Assembly: GCA_009780485.1 (NCBI GenBank)
Contig: WQZZ01000003.1
Coordinates: forward strand, 1 to 44,549
Source of the DNA: Defluviitaleaceae bacterium
GTDB lineage: Bacteria > Bacillota > Clostridia > Lachnospirales > WRAX01
Length of the DNA stretch: 44,549 nucleotides
Direction: 5' to 3'
Shown here: positions 37,741 through 44,549 of the stretch, piece after piece
Layout: each line of letters starts with the position of its first letter
How positions within the stretch are numbered: position 1 is the stretch's first letter
Program-made: the position numbers and the translations under genes
Notes under the pieces: generated by a model
Told to the model about the DNA's origin: nothing
Seen by the model: the letters and a program-made list of their open reading frames with translations, nothing else
Database searches by the model: none

Positions 37741-40340
37741 AATGCGTCGTCCGCTTCCTTCTTATAATAATAGCCATCAAAGCTCCTAGTGACAATACCG
37801 CACCAGATGCAAATACAATGAATACGGTGCCATTGAAATTGTCGGAAGTTTGCGGGTTAAAGTTATCTAACCCTGCTTGTTGCGTATCGGCTGGCTGGTT
37901 GCCTACACTACCCCTAACAACTGGGCTTGCATAGTTTATACCCTCATGGTGAGTGCCATTGTAACCCACGATAAACCTATTGTTTAGCACACCTTCTGGA
38001 GCATCGTCGCCAGCCATGAATGTTAAAACAATCTCGTTGCCCACGGCAAAGCCTGCGGGTACATTACCAAAGTAAAATTCGATATTAGTGTACCAAACAT
38101 CACCTGACTGTGGCAACTGGAAGCTATGTGGCATACTCGCATCTAAACCAGAAGCGTAGATATGCCAAACATCACTGCCGTACACCGCATAACGGATGAC
38201 GAATGTAACACCTTCACCATTAGTAAATGCTGGAATTGTGCCAGAAACAAAGTTTAGACCACGCCCAGGCATATCAATTATGGAAAAATTTGTTACAGCA
38301 CCACCAGAACGGCTGTGGAAGTCACGTAAACGCCATTCCACGGCATCGCCAACATTTACATCCAGTCTGTTTGGTTGTTTAACCATGTCACTGTGTTGTG
38401 GCAGATTTGCATGAGAACGTTGTAGCGATGGTGACGTTGCCGCCAATATTGGTTCTTGTGATGCCTGTGGTATTGTTGGCTCTTGTTGTGGTTCGTCTGG
38501 TGTTGTGTCGTAAGGGGTTTCGTCCGTTGGTGGCGTTATCACTGGCGGTGTCACCAATGGAGGTTCTATTTCTGGTGGAGTTGCTACTGGTGGGGTAGTT
38601 ATTGGTGGGTTTGGGTCTGTTGGGTCTGGCTCATACGGGTCTGTTGGGTCGTCAGGTTCGTCGATTGGAAGGTCAGGTGGTGGGTTGTTTGGACCACTTG
38701 TTGCAGGTGTTGCTGGTGAATGTCCAGCTCCCCTCAAACACCACATTTTCCGCCGGCATAACGAATGTTGTGCCAGAAATGTCAATAGTTGGGTGTGTCC
38801 AACCATTAAAAGACCATGTGCCAGCAACGCCACCATGGGCTGTTTCGGTTGTGTTTAATGACTGTGGTGTTGCAACGTTAGCATTGGCTATCCAAGGTAG
38901 TTCGTTGGTTGTTACGTCATCAACGCTGTGGGTTGCAGGCAAATCACCAACTTGCGTATATGATATGGTATACATATGTGGCTCCCACACCCATGTGTCT
39001 GCGTGGATTGCTCCGTTAAAGTTCCTCATTAACTGGAAACCACCAGCGAAATAGTAGTCCCCTTGGGGGTTGTCTATTGTACCTACACCTACATTACGCC
39101 AGCGACCTGCAAATTCTGCGTTGTTTGGTGGAGTTCCTAGGTTTGGTGTATTTCCTAGAATAGGAATGTCAATAAGAGGATTGAAGTTTTTGCCTAATGA
39201 TATTTGGTGCAAGGCAAGTGTACCCCAGAGCATACTATTCATACTATTTACATTACTCACATCCCAATCAGACACGTCTAGATTGGTAAGTGAACTTGCA
39301 TTGTTAAACATACTATTCATACTATTTACATTACTCACATCCCAATCAGACACGTCTAGATTCGTAAGCGAACTTGCACTGCTGAACATATGGCTCATAT
39401 CAATCACACTACTAGTATCAAAGCCTGTTAAATCAAGATTAGTTAGTGAAGGTGTCCAATGGAACATACCGTTCATAATAATAACACTACTAGTATCAAA
39501 GCCCGATAAATCAAGATTAGTGAGTGAAGTCGAACCACTGAACATACCGCTCATATCGTTTGCATTGCTTGTGTCCCAACTAGACAAATCTAGACTTGTC
39601 TAGCTAGTGTTTTGAAATGTTCGTTGGAAAGAGTTGACTTGGCTTACATCAATATAGTGGAGATTGTCTATCGTGTGAAGATTGGGGATACTGGTAAAGA
39701 CCCCAAACATGGTTGTTGCTACGATGGGAGATGTAATCACAATCCTTCGAGTACTGTTTGCCTGAAAGAACAAGGGTTGTGAATGATGAAAATGCTGTCC
39801 TAACCAATTGCCACCAGCATGAACTCCTCCTATTATATACCCTCCGCCCATATGAAACTCACCGTTATCGTACATGGTATACGATATGTTTTGGGCAAGA
39901 CCGTTGTTCAAAATACCAGTGCTAACTACGTTAGCACCAGGTGGCGAAAAACCAGAAGTAGGCACTGCTGTGGCTGTGGTAGCTACAGTTGATGTGCCTT
40001 GGGTTGTTGGGGCTTGTGGTGCGTCATTGCTTGGTTTTGTTTTGCCCTTGTTATATTTCGTATAATCTCCCTCTGGGCATCCCTCATACTCTGGGCATCC
40101 CTCATACTCCGAACACTTGCCATCCTCTGGGTAAGTTGGATATTCAGGATATGTAGGATATTCTGGATAACCTTCCTTCTCATCTTCCGAATACTCATAA
40201 CCCGCACCCTCATAGGTGCTTTCCGTTTCCGTTTCTGCTGTGGCATTGTCTGTCTCATAACCTTGTACAACCCAAATGCTTGCAAAGGTCATAATAGCCA
40301 CCAAAAACAACGCCGTTATTCCGTGTCTCATCTTTTTCAT
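37739..40340 (-). pseudogene. Sortase-anchored DUF285/BspA-like repeat surface protein broken by an in-frame TAG (39600-39602) and a frameshift (~38715)
   Basis: Signal peptide, SLTNLDLSGFDTSSV repeats, Pro/Thr linker, NPQTS + TM + RRKR tail, spread over three ORFs. Confidence 0.8.
39231..39600 (-). repeat. 78-bp coding tandem repeats (DUF285 units)
   Basis: CATACTATTCATACTATTTACATTACTCACATCCCAATCAGACACGTCTAGA recurs at 78-bp spacing. Confidence 0.85.
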
Positions 40341-40555
40341 ATGAAACACTCCTTTCATTTTTTATTTGCAGTCTCTATAGAAGTTGACAACAACTACCCG
40401 TTTTTATTATGTTACCTACTGGCTTAAAGCTCATTGGGTTTGGGTGGCAAACTGCTGTCTTTCTTCTCAGCGACTGCTTCCAAAACGAATGAACTTGGTT
40501 TTTCATTCGTTTTGGAAGAAGCCTCTGGGGTTTGAGGGTGTTGTCTGTGGGTTTG

Positions 40556-40578
40556 GGGCGGGCAATGCCCGCCCCTAC
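40556..40578 (-). repeat. Single REP
   Basis: GGGCGGGCAATGCCCGCCCCTAC. Confidence 0.8.
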
Positions 40579-40682
40579 CAGGGTGGGTGGTTATGGGTCG
40601 GCGTTTGGGTTGATTGTTGGTTGGCATGTGGTGTTGGTTATGGGTGGCGTGATTTGATTGATGGGGGGGTGACTGTGTTTTG

Positions 40683-40721
40683 GTAGGGGCGGGTCACATC
40701 AAAACCGTTATTGCACGTCCC
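40683..40721 (+). repeat. Long-loop REP variant
   Basis: GTAGGGGCGGGTCACATCAAAACCGTTATTGCACGTCCC matches the reverse complement of 7831-7869. Confidence 0.7.
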
Positions 40722-40744
40722 AGTGGGCTGTGTCGTATGTTGGT

Positions 40745-40903
40745 GGCACAAAAGCCACCTTCCGACTAGACTGTACAAACTTTTCCTAATGAAACCCTTC
40801 AACCGTCCTTGGGAGATATGCCCTAGAAGTGCGGTAGGGCTGGACGGGAGGCGAAGAAGGGTGGAGGAAAGGTACAATCCAGTGGGAAGGGGGCTTTTGT
40901 GCC
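40745..40903. other. 159-nt imperfect hairpin (ncRNA or MITE-like)
   Basis: 32-bp arms with 4 mismatches, plus nested inner stems. Confidence 0.6.
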
Positions 40904-40908
40904 TTCTC

Positions 40909-42153
40909 TTATTCCATGAAGCGAAACAAGTCTATTATATTGGTGGGGTGATGTGCGTCTTCAAAATGATGAAAACGCATTCGCCAATTACTGCCATTGT
41001 CGTTGATGGAAATACCTATCAGAATATCACCGCTACCTTCGTTGGTGCTGTAAAAATACGAAACCTCATCGGCAGAACCTCGGATTTGGCTGATAAGCTC
41101 GAAGTTAAATTGGCTAAGAATGTGGTCTAATTCGACGGCATTGCTAACTGAAGCTAATTCTGTCAGTATTTGGTCTGTGCGGTCTATGGGTTCAGGTTCG
41201 GGTTCTATGGATATTTCTGGTTCAGGTTCGTAAGGTTCGGGTTCTATCTCATAGGGTTCATATTCGTATATGACGGGTTCCCATACCACGGGTTCGGGTT
41301 CGTATTGTTCGTAAATTGGGTATTGGGGCTGGTAAATATATTCCGCTTCTTGGTGGTCGTATGTTTGTAGCACGGTTAGATAAAGGGTTGCGGATGCCAC
41401 GCCAGTTGCTACAATACCACCCGTAGCAATTAATGCCTTTGTGTAAGTTGCTGTAGCGGCAACTCCAACTCCTGCACTTGTACCCGCTGTGCTAGCACCC
41501 ACCGCTATACCAGTCGTAACAGTTACTACACCAGTAGATATGTAACTGGTGGCAAAAACTGCTTCTTCTGCCAAAAAGATAGCAGAAAGTGGCACGAGAG
41601 CCACGGCTTTACCTTTGTGCTTTTTAACTTTGCCTTCCAAACAAGCTTTTATGGTGTTTCTGGCGGTTTGTAGGGTCTTGCTTACATTGTTTATGGAGCA
41701 GTCGTAAACTTTAGAGATTTCTGTCATTGTCATTTCGGCGTAATAGTGCATATAGACCATTTCGTGCTGTTTCGGCGGTAAAGAATCCAAAACATCCATC
41801 AGTTTTTTGCGAGCCTCTTTGTTTAACAGATATTCCTCTGGTAGAAAACTTTTGTCAACTTCTGGTAAATCTTCCAAATAATCGTCTGAAATAACTGTCC
41901 ATTCTTTGTGGCGGCTTTCCCGCCTGTATTTTTGAGAGCAGGTGTATGCCGTAATTTTGCGTATATAAGGCAAGAATGTTTCTGGTATCAACTGTTCACG
42001 TTTGTTGAATATGACGGTGTAGACATCTTGTATGATTTCCTCTTTATCCTCTTTGTTTTTGCAAAATTTTGAACACACAAAAGCAACATGACCGCAAGTC
42101 CTTTTGTAAATTTCATCAAATGCAGACTCGTCGCCATTTTTTAGGTTTTCCAC
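40909..42153 (-). CDS. ECF sigma factor with C-terminal membrane anchor and Pro/Glu-rich extension
   Basis: GDESAFDEIY, EEIIQDV, LPPKQHEMVYMHYY..MTMTEIS, then hydrophobic segments and EPEP repeats. The true start may be upstream at 42192. Confidence 0.8.
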   Translation of the reverse strand: MENLKNGDESAFDEIYKRTCGHVAFVCSKFCKNKEDKEEIIQDVYTVIFNKREQLIPETFLPYIRKITAYTCSQKYRRESRHKEWTVISDDYLEDLPEVDKSFLPEEYLLNKEARKKLMDVLDSLPPKQHEMVYMHYYAEMTMTEISKVYDCSINNVSKTLQTARNTIKACLEGKVKKHKGKAVALVPLSAIFLAEEAVFATSYISTGVVTVTTGIAVGASTAGTSAGVGVAATATYTKALIATGGIVATGVASATLYLTVLQTYDHQEAEYIYQPQYPIYEQYEPEPVVWEPVIYEYEPYEIEPEPYEPEPEISIEPEPEPIDRTDQILTELASVSNAVELDHILSQFNFELISQIRGSADEVSYFYSTNEGSGDILIGISINDNGSNWRMRFHHFEDAHHPTNIIDLFRFME

Positions 42154-42220
42154 TAAGGTATAAAGTTGTTCACGTTCGTTATTTAGAGTTATTTTAACGC
42201 ACCGCCTTTACAACTTGATT

Positions 42221-42598
42221 TCATCTTCCATATAGAAGCATTTCGCTGACAGATAGCTGTTCGTCAGCATTATAAGGTAAAATACTTTTGAAAAAGCACA
42301 CCTTTTGGGTAAGTCGCTCCGAATACAGTTGCAACACACTATCAATATGACTGTGAGTTAGTTGGGTTAAATCTGCAATTTCATTAACAGTCATCCCTGC
42401 AAAGTGATGAAAGTGGATAGCTACCTTTTCTTCGTAATCAAACTTATTAATCTGATGATAAAAAAGATATTTAACCCTTGGATGCTCCACAAAAGCCCTA
42501 GGTATATCAACCTGATTTGGTGGTTGCTCCTTTTTTTGGGTTGGAAAAAATTGTGCCAAGAAGCCACCCCCAATCTTTGCTGAGAATATCCTGTACAC
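42221..42598 (-). CDS. Sigma-70 region 4-like HTH protein
   Basis: EEKVAIHFHHFAGMTVNEIADLTQL. Confidence 0.6.
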   Translation of the reverse strand: MYRIFSAKIGGGFLAQFFPTQKKEQPPNQVDIPRAFVEHPRVKYLFYHQINKFDYEEKVAIHFHHFAGMTVNEIADLTQLTHSHIDSVLQLYSERLTQKVCFFKSILPYNADEQLSVSEMLLYGR

Positions 42599-42819
42599 TT
42601 ATATATTGTGTCGAAGGTTGAAGATTTCAACCTGTTGTTGAAAATTTTTTGAATTTTTTATTTAATATTTTGTTAAAGACAAAATGGCTTGAGAGATAAT
42701 CTAGAATAAGTGGCTTTGAAAGTTGAATGAAGCTTCTTAATTATACAACAAAAGCAAGACAAAATCAAGTAAACACGGTTATGTTCTGAATTCCAGATTT
42801 AGGTTTTGTTTACAATAAA

Positions 42820-42854
42820 CCAAAAACTGCCCCCAGATATTAGGAGGCAGCTTT
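42820..42854 (-). terminator. Terminator after the dacF-like gene
   Basis: CTGCCTCC/GGGGGCAG stem with T tract on the minus strand. Confidence 0.65.
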
Positions 42855-42880
42855 AAGTGCAAAGCCATATATAGTTATCC

Positions 42881-44056
42881 TTACTTAAACCAAATAGAGA
42901 AAACACGTCCAGCCATATCTACAAAGCCTGCTTTTTCCACGGCTTCCTCTGCCACAAGGGCTGTTTTGCCGATAAGCTCACCTTCGTAAGTGTAGATGAT
43001 TTCACCAACCACGGTGCCAGCTTCCACAGGAGCTGACACACTGTCAAACAGTATAATTTCAGCTTCCAGCTCGCTGTTATTACCTTTTTCTGTTACATTG
43101 CTAATAAGTTCTGCAACCATAGCGTCCGCAACCCCGTCCTTGCCCTTTGCTACAGGCACTTGTCCCACAACCGTACCCGCAAGCTCTCCACGAACAACCT
43201 TGTAATTGGCAAAACCATAATCAAGCATTTTCATGGCTTCTTGAAAGCGTATTGCGGTGCTGTCCGCACCCATAACCACGGCGATAAGTTCCATATCACC
43301 ACGGATTGCAGTGGCAGATAGGCAGTACTTGGCTTCCCCTGTGCTACCTGTTTTAAGACCTGTTGCACCGTCATACCAACGTACAAGTTTGTTGGTATTG
43401 GTCAGCCCAAATTCGGACTCGCCACGTGCTGTTTTGTGGATAATGGTATCCATCCAAATGGTAGCAACTTCCTTAACCTCTGGAAATTTTGTGATAAGTT
43501 CACGGGACATAATTGCAATGTCTTTTGCCGTGGTAAAATGCCCTTGGGCATCCAGTCCGCAAGCATTACGGAAGCTGGTGTCTGCCATACCAAGTTGCCC
43601 AGCCCGCTTGTTCATCAAATCGACAAAGCTTTCTTCGCTACCACTTACAAATTCTGCAAGTGCCACTGCCGCGTCATTTCCGCTGGAAATAACAACCGCC
43701 TTTAGTAAGTCTCTAACGGTCTGTTTTTCGCCAACTTCCAAATAAATTTGGCTACCACCCATGGAGGCGGCGTGTTCGCTGGTTGTCACCATATCATCCC
43801 AGCTAATGCGGTTTTGTGCAACCGCTTCGTACACCAAAAGCGTAGTCATAACCTTGGTTACAGATGCAGGCGAGCGACGCTCGGTGGCATTTTGCTCAAA
43901 GACAACCTCGCCGCTACTGGCTTCCATTATAACTGCCGCAGGTGCGTCTACGGTTAGGGCCAATGGTCCACGTTTTTCTTCTGCTTTTGCAGTGGTTGGT
44001 GCAAGTATAAGCATTGCAAGAACAAAAGCTGCAATTTTTATTATTCCCTTTTTCAT
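42881..44056 (-). CDS. dacF: Serine-type D-Ala-D-Ala carboxypeptidase (DacF-like)
   Basis: Signal peptide, PASVTK, SGN, KTG, ASMGGSQIYLE. Confidence 0.85.
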   Translation of the reverse strand: MKKGIIKIAAFVLAMLILAPTTAKAEEKRGPLALTVDAPAAVIMEASSGEVVFEQNATERRSPASVTKVMTTLLVYEAVAQNRISWDDMVTTSEHAASMGGSQIYLEVGEKQTVRDLLKAVVISSGNDAAVALAEFVSGSEESFVDLMNKRAGQLGMADTSFRNACGLDAQGHFTTAKDIAIMSRELITKFPEVKEVATIWMDTIIHKTARGESEFGLTNTNKLVRWYDGATGLKTGSTGEAKYCLSATAIRGDMELIAVVMGADSTAIRFQEAMKMLDYGFANYKVVRGELAGTVVGQVPVAKGKDGVADAMVAELISNVTEKGNNSELEAEIILFDSVSAPVEAGTVVGEIIYTYEGELIGKTALVAEEAVEKAGFVDMAGRVFSIWFK

Positions 44057-44198
44057 AAAACAGCCTCCTTATGCTATTAATTTCTTAATAAGACATAGTT
44101 TTTCCACGAAACTGCAAGCAATGCCCGCCAAATTTTGTTATAGAATTTTAAGCCAAAAAATTTGTCGAAAAAAAATTCGAAAAATTTGTAAATTTCCC

Positions 44199-44227
44199 TT
44201 GACAGGGGTCGGATAGTGTGGTATATT
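44199..44227 (+). promoter_or_regulatory. sigmaA promoter of the third HTH-TPR paralog
   Basis: TTGACA-17-TATATT with TG. Confidence 0.75.
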
Positions 44228-44285
44228 GTGTTATGTAGGAAAGAAATGCTATATTTACGGAATATTTTTGGAAAGGGGTAATTAT

Positions 44286-44549
44286 ATGTCGATACATATG
44301 CCTGTAGACCTCAAAATGCCCACCGCTAATATTGTGCAGTATATTTACAGAACCCAGGGCGGCAACATAGAAGAAGTTGCGGAGATTTTAGGCTGTGATG
44401 TAGCAACCATTGAAAAAATTGAAGCGGGCAAAGAACAATACAAAAAACAACAAATAAGTAAGATTTTAGAATTCTATAAAGTAGACAGATTAGAACCACC
44501 CACTAGGTTTAGTGATGGTGAAGTTGAAAGAATTTTAAGTTTGTGGAGA
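44286..44549 (+). CDS. HTH-TPR regulator paralog, 3'-truncated at the window edge (not in the ORF track)
   Basis: MSIHMPVDLKMPTANIVQYIYRTQGGNIEEVAEILGCDVATIEKIEAG...ILSLWR aligns with the N-terminus of 33654-35003. Confidence 0.85.
   Translation, partial: MSIHMPVDLKMPTANIVQYIYRTQGGNIEEVAEILGCDVATIEKIEAGKEQYKKQQISKILEFYKVDRLEPPTRFSDGEVERILSLWR

Noticed and set aside
39600-39602. Amber recoding (pyrrolysine or alternative genetic code)
   Set aside because: The position corresponds to a consensus Leu, TAG ends normal genes here (e.g. 14003, 16506), and the same gene has a second lesion.
44286-44549. Circular element joining the window end to its start
   Set aside because: The ends do not overlap (about 51 codons are missing relative to the full paralog), the content is chromosomal housekeeping, and no rep or integrase gene is seen.

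Overview
Chromosomal segment from a low-GC Gram-positive bacterium (Bacillota, probably Clostridia: sigmaA-type promoters, ECF transporters, DacF-like carboxypeptidase, sortase-type tail). Housekeeping content includes upp, a uracil permease, ecfA1A2T, asnB, trmL, a ThrE pair, a PPi-type phosphofructokinase and a DacF-like peptidase. Two systems stand out. (1) A Moco/Tuco-type riboswitch lacking P3 (~10300-10393) heads an operon with a dedicated ECF transporter (S, A, A', T), an alkaline-phosphatase-superfamily lipoprotein, three exported proteins that together carry seven Cys-less sulfite-oxidase-like molybdopterin-binding domains, mobB, a kinase-like gene and a HAD hydrolase. This is a candidate molybdenum/tungsten-cofactor scavenging system. 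(2) Three paralogous HTH-TPR (RRNPP-like) regulators are present. The two whose 3' ends are visible are each followed by two unannotated 46-49 aa secreted propeptide genes sharing S-I-x-I-P-C-x-[DN]-L-(DT)-E-Q, and by GTAG-family REP doublets. Also seen: an MCP-tip/CheW fusion coupled to an ECF sigma, a membrane-tethered ECF sigma next to a doubly broken DUF285 surface-protein gene, a poly-A frameshifted flavodoxin-like gene and a 159-nt hairpin. All product calls come from motif recognition by eye; no database searches were run.
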